Below are positions 1 to 10,084 of a DNA stretch of 53,523 nt, piece by piece. A program made the position numbers and the translations under genes. Numbering within the stretch: the first letter of the stretch is position 1; each line of letters starts with the position of its first letter. The notes beneath the pieces are model-generated. The model was not told where the DNA came from and did no database searches. It saw only the letters and a list, made by a program, of their open reading frames with translations. Source of the DNA: SAR86 cluster bacterium AG-422-P06 (GTDB taxonomy: Bacteria; Pseudomonadota; Gammaproteobacteria; Magnimaribacterales; TMED112); assembly GCA_003213455.1 (NCBI GenBank), contig QCMX01000003.1, forward strand, positions 1 through 53,523. The letters run 5' to 3'.

Positions 1-1
1 T

Positions 2-547
2 AATACAGGCTTAAATATCTTTGGTCCTACAGAGGGAGGGCAGCCTGCAAACCAAGCTTACGGTGATCCTGTATATAACAATATTTTAGATGATTGCGGT
101 GGGCATACTGCCTTTGCCTATCATAACCATGCACTAAATTTTAGATGTTTTAATCCCAATGGTTTAACTGCTAATCCTGCAACAGATCCGCAACCAGAGA
201 TTTTATATACCTCATTAATTTTAGGTTTTGGACCTGATGGCTTCCCAATTTTCAATGGATATGAGTATGCCAATAATGATGGTGTTAATCTTGTATCACC
301 ACAAAGCAGCTATGAATTAATTGATGGTCAGAATCCACAAAGATATGTTTTTGATGCCTATGAGTATGTTGAAAAAGATAATCTAGAAATTTACTTGGAT
401 GAGTGTAATGGCCATAGTCATGATAACCCTCATGGTTATGAATACCACTACCATGCCACTGAAGATTTTCCTTATATTTATGGTTGTATTAGAGGAGAGC
501 CATTTGGTATAGGTGGCGGCGGTCAAGGGGGCAATAATAATGATTAG
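2..547 (+). CDS. YHYH-domain protein, 5'-truncated by window edge
   Basis: Not in ORF track. Frame 2 is open from the edge to TAG at 545-547 and reads ...LDDCGGH..AYHNH..LILGFGPDGFPIF..LDECNGH..YEYHYHATEDFPYIYGC, the YHYH-family motif set. Confidence 0.85.
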   Translation, partial: NTGLNIFGPTEGGQPANQAYGDPVYNNILDDCGGHTAFAYHNHALNFRCFNPNGLTANPATDPQPEILYTSLILGFGPDGFPIFNGYEYANNDGVNLVSPQSSYELIDGQNPQRYVFDAYEYVEKDNLEIYLDECNGHSHDNPHGYEYHYHATEDFPYIYGCIRGEPFGIGGGGQGGNNND

Positions 548-914
548 AATCATTCTATTATTATTTTTAGCAAATTTTATGCAATCAGAGACTGTGGAAA
601 CTTATTACAAAACAGGTGAGCTGAAAGAAAGATTTGAGCTTCAGGGTGATATTAGAGAGGGCCTATATCAGAAATGGTATCTGAATGGTCAAATAGGAAA
701 GCAATCATTCTATAAAAACGGAGTTCTGAATGGCGAGTTAACTACTTGGTATCCAAATGGAGTGGTGAAGGGAACGTATCCAATATCTAACGGCAAAATA
801 GAAGGTACGGCAAAGTATTATGATAATAAAGGGAATTTAAGTTGGCAGGTATATGAAAGCAACATACCTAATCAGAATAACAATATAGATCTTTCAGGTT
901 GGTGTTTAGATTAA
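540..914 (+). CDS. Exported MORN-variant repeat protein (YwqK-like repeats)
   Basis: Repeated Y/WYxNGx units. Hydrophobic signal-like N-terminus from ATG 540 (MIRIILLLFLA), overlapping the upstream stop. Confidence 0.75.
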   Translation: MIRIILLLFLANFMQSETVETYYKTGELKERFELQGDIREGLYQKWYLNGQIGKQSFYKNGVLNGELTTWYPNGVVKGTYPISNGKIEGTAKYYDNKGNLSWQVYESNIPNQNNNIDLSGWCLD

Positions 915-1892
915 ATCTTTGACTAAATCTCTTTCTTCAACCAATTCATTTGCAGTTTTTTCTAATCCTTTTTTTGCAAAATCACTAAGACTATAATCTC
1001 GAACAATCTCAACAGAGCCTTTACCATCTGAGATTAGAGGAAAACCAGAAAATATACCCTTAGGCATACCATAAGCACCATCGCTCATTACCGCAGCGTT
1101 AAACACATCACCTGATCTAGTAGGATGTTCAACAGCTTTTACTGTATCGCAAGCTGCTCTTGCAGCTGATGATGCTGAAGAAGCACCTCTAGCTTTGATT
1201 ATTTCTGCACCTCTTTGTTGAATTTTGGGAAGAAAATCATTCTCAACCCAGTCATGATCATCTATTTCTTGGTATGCCTTTTTACCCGCTACTATTGTAT
1301 TTTCTAAATCAGGAAACATTGTTGGGCTGTGGTTACCAAATATTGCCAAACGGTATATATCATCAACATGGCAACCCAGTTTTTGGGACAGTTGTGCTTT
1401 TGCTCTAAGCGCATCAAGCATAGTCATTGCCATCCATAACTGAGTAGCTTTCCCTGCACTTTTGTATCCAATCAATGCATTAGTATTTGCTGGATTTCCA
1501 ACAACAAGAATTTTGCAATGTTCTTTTGCATGAGCACCAATTGCTTTTCCTTGTTCTGTAAAGATTCCACCATTTATTTGTAGTAGATCTGATCTTTCTT
1601 TGATTTCTTTACCATTTAGAACTATTCCTCTGGGTATAGAGCCCACCAAAAGACACCAATCAGCATCAACAACTGCATTTTCTATGTTGTCAAAAGTACT
1701 TATTGAACTAACAGTTGAATAAGCTGAATCCTCAAGTTCTTTTACAAAACCATCAAGTCTGCCCATGGCTTGTGGTATTTCAACTAAATTTAAATCTAAC
1801 TTTTCATTGGAATTAAAAATACCCTTTTCACAAAGGAAAGGTATCAAAGAATATGCTATTTGACCTGCTGCACCTGTTATTACTACTTTCAT
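906..1892 (-). CDS. mdh: Malate dehydrogenase (type 2)
   Basis: VVITGAAGQIAY, VVGNPANTN and GNHSPT motifs; 328 aa. Confidence 0.95.
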   Translation of the reverse strand: MKVVITGAAGQIAYSLIPFLCEKGIFNSNEKLDLNLVEIPQAMGRLDGFVKELEDSAYSTVSSISTFDNIENAVVDADWCLLVGSIPRGIVLNGKEIKERSDLLQINGGIFTEQGKAIGAHAKEHCKILVVGNPANTNALIGYKSAGKATQLWMAMTMLDALRAKAQLSQKLGCHVDDIYRLAIFGNHSPTMFPDLENTIVAGKKAYQEIDDHDWVENDFLPKIQQRGAEIIKARGASSASSAARAACDTVKAVEHPTRSGDVFNAAVMSDGAYGMPKGIFSGFPLISDGKGSVEIVRDYSLSDFAKKGLEKTANELVEERDLVKDLI

Positions 1893-1985
1893 TTCTTGTA
1901 AAAAATAATCTTTATTCTATGTTTACTTGTGATCGATTTCCATTAGAATTTACACTCTAACAGTTTATTTTAAAGGAGTCAGAGA

Positions 1986-2897
1986 ATGTCACTAGATTTT
2001 GAAGGAAAAGTTGCCATTGTTACCGGATCAGGCGGTGGAATTGGTAAAGGGTACGCATTGGAATTAGCACAAAGAGGTGCAAAAGTTGTTGTTAATGATT
2101 TGGGAGGAGCAGTAGATGGTTCTGGCGGCTCTGTATCTGCAGCTGAAGCAGTTGTTCAAGAAATAGAAGCTGCTGGCGGTGAAGCTATTGCAAATGGTGC
2201 AAATGTTTGTTCAGAAGAAGATGTGAAAGCCATGGTTGATAATGTCATGACTAAATGGGGCAGGGTAGATATTCTTGTCAATAACGCAGGAATTCTTAGA
2301 GATAAATCTTTTGCAAAAATGGATTGGTCAGATTTTGTAACAGTCGTGAATGTTCATCTAATGGGTTCTGCATTATGTGCACATACAGTATTTCCAATCA
2401 TGAAAGAACAAGAATATGGAAGAATAATAATGACAAGCTCTTCTTCAGGTTTGTTTGGTAACTTTGGTCAAACCAATTATGGAGCAGCAAAAATGGGTGT
2501 TGTTGGTCTAATGAATACTTTGAAGCTTGAGGGAGCGAAATATAATATTCACACTAACTCTGTTGCTCCAACTGCAACAACACGTATGACAGAGCACTTG
2601 TTTCCTGCTGAGTTTGCAGAAAAGCTTGACCCCCGTTTAATTATTCCTGCAGTTGTCTTTTTAGCTAGTGAAAAAGCTCCGAACGGAGAAATCTTAGAAG
2701 TTGGCGGAGGCGTTGTTGCTAATACATACATCATGGAAACTATGGGTAAATATTTTGGCACTGATGAAGGCTTTAATGCAGAGGCTGTTGCTGATCATTG
2801 GTCTGAAGTGATAGATACCACGGATGCAAAAAGACCATTTCAAGGTGGAGATGTTGCAATTAAGCATTTAGAAACTATTGGGAAATCAGAAAGTTAA
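1986..2897 (+). CDS. SDR oxidoreductase, MFE-2/HSD17B4-like hydroxyacyl-CoA dehydrogenase type
   Basis: TGSGGGIG, VVVNDLGG, NNAGILRD and YGAAK motifs; SD AAGGAG upstream. Confidence 0.88.
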   Translation: MSLDFEGKVAIVTGSGGGIGKGYALELAQRGAKVVVNDLGGAVDGSGGSVSAAEAVVQEIEAAGGEAIANGANVCSEEDVKAMVDNVMTKWGRVDILVNNAGILRDKSFAKMDWSDFVTVVNVHLMGSALCAHTVFPIMKEQEYGRIIMTSSSSGLFGNFGQTNYGAAKMGVVGLMNTLKLEGAKYNIHTNSVAPTATTRMTEHLFPAEFAEKLDPRLIIPAVVFLASEKAPNGEILEVGGGVVANTYIMETMGKYFGTDEGFNAEAVADHWSEVIDTTDAKRPFQGGDVAIKHLETIGKSES

Positions 2898-2907
2898 ATT
2901 ATCTCTT

Positions 2908-2949
2908 TCTCAAATAAAAAAGGCTCATAAAGAGCCTTTTTTTTTGAGA
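2908..2949. terminator. Bidirectional intrinsic terminator between convergent SDR gene and nrdB
   Basis: AAAAAAGGCTC-ataaa-GAGCCTTTTTTTTT hairpin with A and T tracts on either side. Confidence 0.9.
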
Positions 2950-2988
2950 GCACCACCAATAGTTGCAGACCTAAGGCAGTGCAAAACT

Positions 2989-4287
2989 CTAGTCGTCAAA
3001 TTTTAGAGAACCACCTACTTGATACTCAATCACTCTTGTTTCAAAGAAGTTTTTCTCTTTTCTTAAATCCATGATTTCTGACATCCATGGGAATGGATTT
3101 TCAGCGCCTGGATAAGCTTCAGGAAGATTAATCTGAGTAAGACGTCTATTGCAGACATATTTTAAATACTCTTCCATAGTTTTGGCATTCATGCCTAGAA
3201 CACCTCTTGGCATTGTGTCTCTGGCATAGTTAATTTCAAGCTCTGTTCCCTCTACAATCATATCGGAAGCTCTCTTCTTCATTTCTTCGTCCCATAGACC
3301 AGGATTCTCATTAATAATTGAATTGATAACGTCTATTCCAAAATTAACATGCATTGATTCATCTCTCATGATGTATTGGAATTGTTCTGAAACTCCTGTC
3401 ATTTTATTTCTTCGTCCCATAGAAAGAATTTGAGAGAAACCACAATAAAAGAACATTCCTTCTAGAACACAATAGAAAGCAATTAAGTTTGATAAGAAGA
3501 GCTTATCCTTCTCTGGAGTCCCTGTTTCAAAGTTTGGGTCTTCAAGCGCTTGAGTATACTTTAATCCCCAAGCTGCTTTTGCTTCAACGCATGGCACTTC
3601 TCTATACATATTGAAGATTTCACCTTCATCCATACCAAGAGATTCAACGCAGTATTGGTATGCATGAGTATGTATTGCTTCCTCAAAAGCTTGTCTAAGT
3701 AAATATTGTCTACATTCTGGGTTAGTGATGTGCTTATAGACAGCCAGAACAACATTATTTGCTACCAATGAATCTGCTGTAGAAAAGAAGCCTAAACTTC
3801 TTTTTATAATTGTTCTTTCATCTTCTGTTAGCCCATCTTCTGACTTCCATAAAGCAATGTCAGCCGTCATGTTAATTTCTTGAGGCATCCAATGGTTTGC
3901 TGTTCCATCTAGGTATTTTTCCCATGCCCACTTATATTTAAAAGGGACAAGCTGATTCAGATCTGCCTTTGAATTTATCATAGCTTTTTGACCGACTTGT
4001 ACCCTACCTTCTAATGCGCTTGCCATTCTTTCACGAACTTTCTCAAGCTCTGCTTCAGTTGGCTCCTTCATTGTTGTGTAATTTTCAATATCTTGCATTG
4101 CTTCTGAAGACATATCTTCAGTAACAAGGGTATCTGTATCTGATGACTGAACTTGTTCTTGTTGAACTTGTGATTCTTGTGGAATCGTTTCAGCTTCAGT
4201 TACTTCTGCTACTCTCGGTTCAGGATTTTTTGTTTCTTCCTTTTTAACCGGAGCTTCGTCTTTATAATAGTCTTCCCAACTTAACAT
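2989..4287 (-). CDS. nrdB: Class Ia ribonucleotide reductase beta subunit
   Basis: [16 protein letters not shown] (radical Tyr), RDESMH and [10 protein letters not shown] motifs. Start moved to MLSWEDY at 4287 because GGAGG precedes it. Confidence 0.96.
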   Translation of the reverse strand: MLSWEDYYKDEAPVKKEETKNPEPRVAEVTEAETIPQESQVQQEQVQSSDTDTLVTEDMSSEAMQDIENYTTMKEPTEAELEKVRERMASALEGRVQVGQKAMINSKADLNQLVPFKYKWAWEKYLDGTANHWMPQEINMTADIALWKSEDGLTEDERTIIKRSLGFFSTADSLVANNVVLAVYKHITNPECRQYLLRQAFEEAIHTHAYQYCVESLGMDEGEIFNMYREVPCVEAKAAWGLKYTQALEDPNFETGTPEKDKLFLSNLIAFYCVLEGMFFYCGFSQILSMGRRNKMTGVSEQFQYIMRDESMHVNFGIDVINSIINENPGLWDEEMKKRASDMIVEGTELEINYARDTMPRGVLGMNAKTMEEYLKYVCNRRLTQINLPEAYPGAENPFPWMSEIMDLRKEKNFFETRVIEYQVGGSLKFDD

Positions 4288-4298
4288 AATTTCCTCCG

Positions 4299-7097
4299 TT
4301 ATTGACACGCCTCACAATCTGGATCAAGTATGCTGCAAGCACTCGGTGCTTGTGACGCTGTTTGCGCTTCTTGACTTGATTGCACAGCATTTAAGCTGCT
4401 CCTCTCCACCGTTGATTTTTCAGTTGCGGTTGCTCCCATTGATCTTAAATAATATGTTGTTTTAAGACCTTTATACCACGCCATTCTGTATGTTATATCT
4501 AATTTCTTTCCATCTACATTTGCTATATAGAGGTTTAGGGATTGTGCTTGGTCAATCCATTTTTGTCTTCTACTGGCTGCTTCAACTATGAATCTAGGTT
4601 CCACTTCAAAAGCAGTCTTAAACTTATTTTTAATGTGTTCAGGAACTCGGTTTATCTGTTTCAGTGAACCTTCAAAGTATTTGAGATCACTTAGCATAAC
4701 TTCATCCCACAAGTTCTCTTTTTTCAACTCTTCAATAAGGTATGGGTTAACAACAGTAAACTCTCCTGAAAGATTAGATTTAACATATAAATTTTGATAG
4801 GTCGGTTCAATCGACTGAGATACACCTGTAATATTAGCGATGGTTGCTGTTGGAGCTATTGCCATTACATTTGAGTTTCTTATTCCATGTGCCGCAACCT
4901 TTTCCTTTAACTTATCCCAATCTAAGGTCTTTTCTGTATTTTGATCAATAAATTCTTTTCCTCTTTGTTCCGTGAGGAGATTAATTGAATCTAGTGGAAA
5001 AATTCCATTATCCCAGAGTGACCCTTTATATGTTTCATATACTCCTTTTTCTTCAGCAAGCTCACAAGAAGCTTCAATAGCAAAGTAACTTATTAACTCC
5101 ATAGATCTGTCCGCAAATTCAACAGCATCTTCTGAGTCATATGAAATCCCGAGCTTATACAAAGCATCCTGGAAGCCCATTAACCCAAGACCAATCGGTC
5201 TATGTTTTTTATTTGAATTCTCTGCCTGAGGAACAGGGTAAAAGTTTATATCGATCACATTGTCCAACATCCTTATGGCTGTTTTCACTGTGCCTTTCAG
5301 TTGTTCTATATTGATTTTTCCTTCACTGATATGTTGAGGTAAATTTACACTACCTAAATTGCATACAGCTATCTCATCCTCGTTTGTATTTAAGGTTATT
5401 TCTGTGCATAGGTTTGAAGAATGGACTGTACCAACATGTCCTTGAGGGGATCTTATATTGCATGGATCCTTAAATGTCACCCATGGGTGGCCTGTTTCAA
5501 AAAGCATTGAAAGAATTTTTCTCCATAAGTCCTTTGCTTCTATGGTCTTATAAAATTTAATCTCGCCTGCTTCAGCCATTTTTTCGTACTCTTCATATCT
5601 TTTTTCAAACTCAGTACCGTAAATATCATGTAAGTCTGGAACATCAGAAGGAGAGAAAAGGGTCCATTTCTCATTTTTTTCTAACCTTTTCATAAAGAGG
5701 TCAGGGATCCAATTAGCAGTGTTCATATCATGTGTTCTTCTTCGATCATCCCCTGTATTTTTTCTCAGGTCTAAAAATTCCTCTACATCCATGTGCCAGC
5801 ATTCAAGATAAGCGCAAAAAGCACCTTTTCTCTTTCCACCTTGATTAACTGCAACTGCTGTATCATTCGATACTTTAAGGAAAGGCACTATCCCTTGGCT
5901 CTTTCCATTTGTTCCCTTAATCCTTGACCCTAAAGCGCGAACAGGGGTCCAATCATTTCCTAATCCACCAGCCCATTTTGAAAGCAAGGCATTGTCTCTT
6001 ATTGCACCGTATATACCAGATAGATCATCAGGCACTGTGGTTAAATAACAAGAAGAAAGTTGTGGACGATTAGTTCCTGAGTTAAATAAAGTAGGAGTCG
6101 AACTCATATAGTCAAAACTTGAAAGTAGCTTATAAAACTCAACTGCTTTTTCATTTTTATTTTCTTCGTTTATTGCAAGACCCATAGCTACCCGCATGAA
6201 AAATACCTGAGGCATCTCATAACGAGTCTCTTCATGTGTAATGAAATATCTATCATATAAAGTTTGTAATCCTAAATATGTAAATTGGAAATCTCTCTTT
6301 TCGAGCAGAGCTGCTCCGAGTTTTTCTAAATCAAATGTTTTTAGTTCTTCGCTTAGAAAATCAAGCTCAATTCCTTTATCAACTGTTTTTGTGAGTGCTT
6401 CCATATACATTTTTGCTCTATCTTTTCTTTCTTTGATATTCAGGAAGCTACACACTTCATTTTCCATATTGTTTAGGAGCAGGCGTGCCGTAACATAGGA
6501 ATAGTTAGGCTCTTTCTCGACCATTGTTCTTGCTGTCATGAGCATGCTTTCTGCGAGATCTTTTTCAGATATACCATCATAGGTGGCATTTTTGATCTCA
6601 GTGGCAAGTAAGGCCTCATCAACGTTATCAAGATCAGTGCAAGCTTTCTTTACAGCAGCGTCTATTATCTCTTGTACACTTTGTTCTATACTTCTGCTGT
6701 CTTCTTTTTCTTCAACTCTCTCATTTTTTCGAGCTTCTCTGTATAAGACATAAGATCTTGCAACCTTATGATGTTCATTTCTCATTAATTGAAGCTCTAC
6801 TTGGTCTTGGATCTCTTCTATATGAATTGTTCCACCAGAAGGCATTCTTCTCTCGAAAACTTTAATTATGTCTTGCGCCATTTGATCAACTTCTTCGTGT
6901 ATTCTTGAAGAACCAGCAGCAGTACCACCTTCTACTGCTAGAAATGCTTTCATTATTGCAACCTTGATCTTTTCTTCTTCGAAGGAAACGACTTTTCCAT
7001 TCCTTTTTATGACTCTAATTTTTCCTGGAGCCATTACTTGGTTAGGAGCTATTTCCTTTTTTTCTTCTGGTGTGTTTTGTGTTACTTGTTGTTCCAT
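4299..7097 (-). CDS. nrdA: Class Ia ribonucleotide reductase alpha subunit
   Basis: N-terminal ATP cone (VIKRNG), [26 protein letters not shown] and C-terminal CxxxxxxCxxC. ATG 7097 preferred over 7148, which lies within an NrdR box. Confidence 0.96.
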   Translation of the reverse strand: MEQQVTQNTPEEKKEIAPNQVMAPGKIRVIKRNGKVVSFEEEKIKVAIMKAFLAVEGGTAAGSSRIHEEVDQMAQDIIKVFERRMPSGGTIHIEEIQDQVELQLMRNEHHKVARSYVLYREARKNERVEEKEDSRSIEQSVQEIIDAAVKKACTDLDNVDEALLATEIKNATYDGISEKDLAESMLMTARTMVEKEPNYSYVTARLLLNNMENEVCSFLNIKERKDRAKMYMEALTKTVDKGIELDFLSEELKTFDLEKLGAALLEKRDFQFTYLGLQTLYDRYFITHEETRYEMPQVFFMRVAMGLAINEENKNEKAVEFYKLLSSFDYMSSTPTLFNSGTNRPQLSSCYLTTVPDDLSGIYGAIRDNALLSKWAGGLGNDWTPVRALGSRIKGTNGKSQGIVPFLKVSNDTAVAVNQGGKRKGAFCAYLECWHMDVEEFLDLRKNTGDDRRRTHDMNTANWIPDLFMKRLEKNEKWTLFSPSDVPDLHDIYGTEFEKRYEEYEKMAEAGEIKFYKTIEAKDLWRKILSMLFETGHPWVTFKDPCNIRSPQGHVGTVHSSNLCTEITLNTNEDEIAVCNLGSVNLPQHISEGKINIEQLKGTVKTAIRMLDNVIDINFYPVPQAENSNKKHRPIGLGLMGFQDALYKLGISYDSEDAVEFADRSMELISYFAIEASCELAEEKGVYETYKGSLWDNGIFPLDSINLLTEQRGKEFIDQNTEKTLDWDKLKEKVAAHGIRNSNVMAIAPTATIANITGVSQSIEPTYQNLYVKSNLSGEFTVVNPYLIEELKKENLWDEVMLSDLKYFEGSLKQINRVPEHIKNKFKTAFEVEPRFIVEAASRRQKWIDQAQSLNLYIANVDGKKLDITYRMAWYKGLKTTYYLRSMGATATEKSTVERSSLNAVQSSQEAQTASQAPSACSILDPDCEACQ

Positions 7098-7144
7098 TAC
7101 TTTAGGTATTTTTCTATAGATGGTGACGACATTCAAGCATTTCA

Positions 7145-7191
7145 ACACAATATGTTGTGTTATTTTTTTATTTGCACACTATATGCTGTAA
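7145..7191. promoter_or_regulatory. Tandem NrdR boxes upstream of nrdA
   Basis: ACACAATATGTTGTGT (7145-7160) and ACACTATATGCTGTAA (7176-7191) match acaCwAtATaTwGtgt, with starts 31 bp apart (canonical spacing). Confidence 0.9.
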
Positions 7192-7197
7192 TCTTCT

Positions 7198-7217
7198 TGT
7201 TGATAACTTATGGATAA
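7198..7217 (-). promoter_or_regulatory. Two DnaA-box-like 9-mers in the nrdA/serA divergent promoter region
   Basis: TTATCAACA (7198-7206) and TTATCCATA (7209-7217) on the minus strand, each one mismatch from TTATCCACA. Confidence 0.55.
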
Positions 7218-7287
7218 ATTGTTGTTTATTTAATAATATCCGTTTAAATAAAGCCTATAAATGTGTATTCTTTAAATCTCTTTCATA

Positions 7288-8472
7288 ATGAAAATAAAGA
7301 TACTAAATAACATAGCAAAAGAAGGTCTAGACATTCTTGGCCAAGGTAATTTTCAGATTGTTGATGAAGATGTTGATCCATCTGGAATTGTTCTAAGAAG
7401 TCATGATCTAACAAGCCTTCAAGTATCAAAAAATCTAATTGGAATAGCACGAGCTGGTGCAGGAACAAATAACATCAATATAAACGAATGCTCAAAACAC
7501 GGGGTTGTTGTTTTTAATACACCAGGCGCAAATGCAAATGCCGTAAAAGAAATGGTCATCTGTTCTCTGATTCTCTCGAAAAGAGATCTTGTATCTGGCA
7601 ATAAGAATCTAGACATGTTGGTGACAGAAAATAAGAGTGACTTGGAAATTAGTGCAGAGATTGAAGGTATGAAAAAAATTTACCAAGGGGAAGAGGTTAA
7701 AGGAAAAACACTGGGTGTGATAGGGCTTGGGGCAATTGGTTCCATGGTTGCTGAACAGTCGATGTCTTTTGGCCTGAAGGTTAATGCTTTTGATCCTGGT
7801 CTAACAGTGGATACAGCTCTACGCCTTCCTAGCAGCTTGAAAAGGTTTGATAGTATGGAAGAAGTATTACAAAACTCCGACTTTGTTTCCCTGCACCTTC
7901 CTTTAACAGAAAAGACCAAAGGGTTAATAAATGAAAGTAAATTAAAGTTAATGAAAAAAAACTCAGTCTTAATTAATTTCTCAAGAGGAGGAATAGTGGA
8001 TGAAAATAGTGTAATTAAATTCTTGGATAATCAGCACCTTTATAAATATGTTACAGATTTTCCAACAAAGGAACTTTTAGAAAGGCTTAATACAAAAAAG
8101 GATGTGATGATATTCCCACACTTAGGTGCTAGCACGAAAGAAAGTGAAGTTAATTGCGCAGTAATGGCTTGTTCTCAATTAAAAGATTTTATTGAGGAAG
8201 GCACAATCACCAATAGTGTAAATTTTCCTAATATAATTTCTGAAAAAATTGGCAAGCATAGAATCTTCATAACAAACAAAAATGAACCGGGCATTATAAG
8301 TAAAATTGCAGAGAGCTTAGCTACCAATAAAATTAATATTTTAGAGTTTGTAAACAAAAGTAGAGGCAATTTAGCCTGCAATATCATAGATACTGACGAT
8401 AAAATTGATGTTTCAATTGTCTCTAAGCTAGAGAAAATCAGCGGTGTTACAAATGCAAGACTTTGCTATTAA
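7288..8472 (+). CDS. serA: D-3-phosphoglycerate dehydrogenase with C-terminal ACT domain
   Basis: ARAGAGTNNI, NTPGANANAVKE, GLGAIG and PHLGAST motifs; ACT domain (NKNEPG). Confidence 0.92.
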   Translation: MKIKILNNIAKEGLDILGQGNFQIVDEDVDPSGIVLRSHDLTSLQVSKNLIGIARAGAGTNNININECSKHGVVVFNTPGANANAVKEMVICSLILSKRDLVSGNKNLDMLVTENKSDLEISAEIEGMKKIYQGEEVKGKTLGVIGLGAIGSMVAEQSMSFGLKVNAFDPGLTVDTALRLPSSLKRFDSMEEVLQNSDFVSLHLPLTEKTKGLINESKLKLMKKNSVLINFSRGGIVDENSVIKFLDNQHLYKYVTDFPTKELLERLNTKKDVMIFPHLGASTKESEVNCAVMACSQLKDFIEEGTITNSVNFPNIISEKIGKHRIFITNKNEPGIISKIAESLATNKINILEFVNKSRGNLACNIIDTDDKIDVSIVSKLEKISGVTNARLCY

Positions 8473-8681
8473 AAAAACGCACTTTTTTTTTCGAAATCTA
8501 TTGCTTTTCTCACAAGAATGAGCATCAACCACTTAAACCCAATAATTCCTTTATGAATTTAATATTTTTTTATATTGTAGGCTGAAAGACTGATTTTAAC
8601 TGGTTAAAAATATATTGTTCATTTTTTGTACAATTTAACGAAAGCATTTTCTCTTGTGGGGTTTATGATATTTTAATGCAG

Positions 8682-8716
8682 TTTTCCCCAAAGTTATCCA
8701 CAGTTTCTGTGGATAA
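8682..8716. promoter_or_regulatory. DnaA-box cluster with DARS-like geometry
   Basis: Minus strand reads TTATCCACA-gaaac-TGTGGATAA-ctt-TGGGGAAAA: two perfect opposed boxes plus one single-mismatch box. Confidence 0.8.
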
Positions 8717-8745
8717 AAAAAATGTGTTATTTTTACCTTGTGGAC

Positions 8746-9399
8746 ATGCATAATAATTGGCAAAGTTTTATAGATTGCGAAATAAAAAAACCTTATTTTG
8801 CTGACATAAAAAAACGTTTAATTTCCGATAATAAGCAAGGCAAGATTATCTTGCCTAATCCTAAAGATTATTTCAGAGCCTTTAACCTTTGCGAGCTAGA
8901 GAATCTTAAAGTTGTGATAATAGGACAAGACCCATACCATACTCCTGGTGTTGCCAATGGCCTTGCCTTTTCAGTAAGAAAACAACAAAAAATTCCACCA
9001 TCTTTACAGAATATATTTAAGGAATTGAAAACTGATTTGGGTATTGATAACACACATGGTGATTTAACAAATTGGGCAAAACAGGGCGTTCTTCTAATGA
9101 ATACATCATTATCTGTTTGTTCGGGCTTAGCAGCATCTCACTCAAATATTGGCTGGGAGGAATTTACAAACAAAGCAATTAATCTTTTACAGAATAAAAA
9201 AAATATTGTTTTTCTACTTTGGGGTAATTTTGCAAGGAAAAAGAAGGACTTAATAGGGCACGAAAACTACATTTTAGAAGCATCTCACCCTTCGCCTTTA
9301 TCTGCACATAATGGTTTTTTTGGTTGCAAGCATTTCTCAAAGACAAATGAAAGGCTTATTGATCTTGGTTTAGCTCCCATTGACTGGAAGTTGGAATAA
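8746..9399 (+). CDS. ung: Uracil-DNA glycosylase family 1
   Basis: GQDPYH, GLAFS, PPSL and HPSPLS motifs. Start probably ATG 8746 rather than 8722. Confidence 0.96.
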   Translation: MHNNWQSFIDCEIKKPYFADIKKRLISDNKQGKIILPNPKDYFRAFNLCELENLKVVIIGQDPYHTPGVANGLAFSVRKQQKIPPSLQNIFKELKTDLGIDNTHGDLTNWAKQGVLLMNTSLSVCSGLAASHSNIGWEEFTNKAINLLQNKKNIVFLLWGNFARKKKDLIGHENYILEASHPSPLSAHNGFFGCKHFSKTNERLIDLGLAPIDWKLE

Positions 9400-10084
9400 T
9401 TATCTTGCCGTCATGGTAATAATCATTTTCTTCCACAAAGAATTGGCTTAAATTAATTTCTTCTGACCCAAGCTCAAAAATTTTTTTCCCTATTTTTTTC
9501 CCTGACGAGTCTGAAATAAATTCTAGCGCACTGTCGAATACCACTGCTTTCTTTACCTTTTTGCCTAGGTAAGTTAATCGAGCAATTATTTCTTGTCCTC
9601 TGTAACAGCCTTTGTCATAAGAAATATAATCTTCAAATTTATAACCTATCTCATTAACACGAAATTTATTTGATGATTGCTCATCAATGTCAAAACAGAA
9701 ATTTTTCATAGTTTCTATATCCCAATCTAAGCTTGTTAATTGAAAATGGTTTTTGCCAAGACATTTTTTGAAAACATTATTGTCTTGCACGCCATATATA
9801 TTCTGCTTTTCTTCTGAGATTTCACAATCAAAAAATTTTGCAAATTTTTGCAATTCATCTATCAAGAATTTAGATACATTTTTTTTAACAATAATCCTGA
9901 AGAAGTTCTCTTTAAGAATTACAGCATTTGTGATCACATAACCTTTCTCATCGCAGAAAAGGCCATCAAAATAATCTTTATTCTGAGCAAGATCACAAGA
10001 TACCTGACCCTGAAGAAGCTTTTCTGAATCAACTCCTTTGATTAATATCGAAGTATAATTTGGTAAGGAAAAACTTAATGCCAT
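9356..10084 (-). CDS. ygfZ: YgfZ/CAF17-like folate-binding Fe-S maturation protein, shortened
   Basis: LLQGQVSCD near the N-terminus and signature KGCYRGQE. Start set at ATG 10084. Confidence 0.88.
   Translation of the reverse strand: MALSFSLPNYTSILIKGVDSEKLLQGQVSCDLAQNKDYFDGLFCDEKGYVITNAVILKENFFRIIVKKNVSKFLIDELQKFAKFFDCEISEEKQNIYGVQDNNVFKKCLGKNHFQLTSLDWDIETMKNFCFDIDEQSSNKFRVNEIGYKFEDYISYDKGCYRGQEIIARLTYLGKKVKKAVVFDSALEFISDSSGKKIGKKIFELGSEEINLSQFFVEENDYYHDGKIIIPTSSQWELNQDQ

Noticed and set aside
513-914. Toxin-antitoxin system implied by YwqK-like repeats
   Set aside because: The repeat fold alone does not indicate an antitoxin. The protein has a signal-like peptide and no adjacent toxin is recognisable.
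8473-8745. oriC at the serA-ung DnaA-box cluster
   Set aside because: Only three good boxes, no dnaA/gidA/parAB context, and it lies about 23 kb from a canonical dif.
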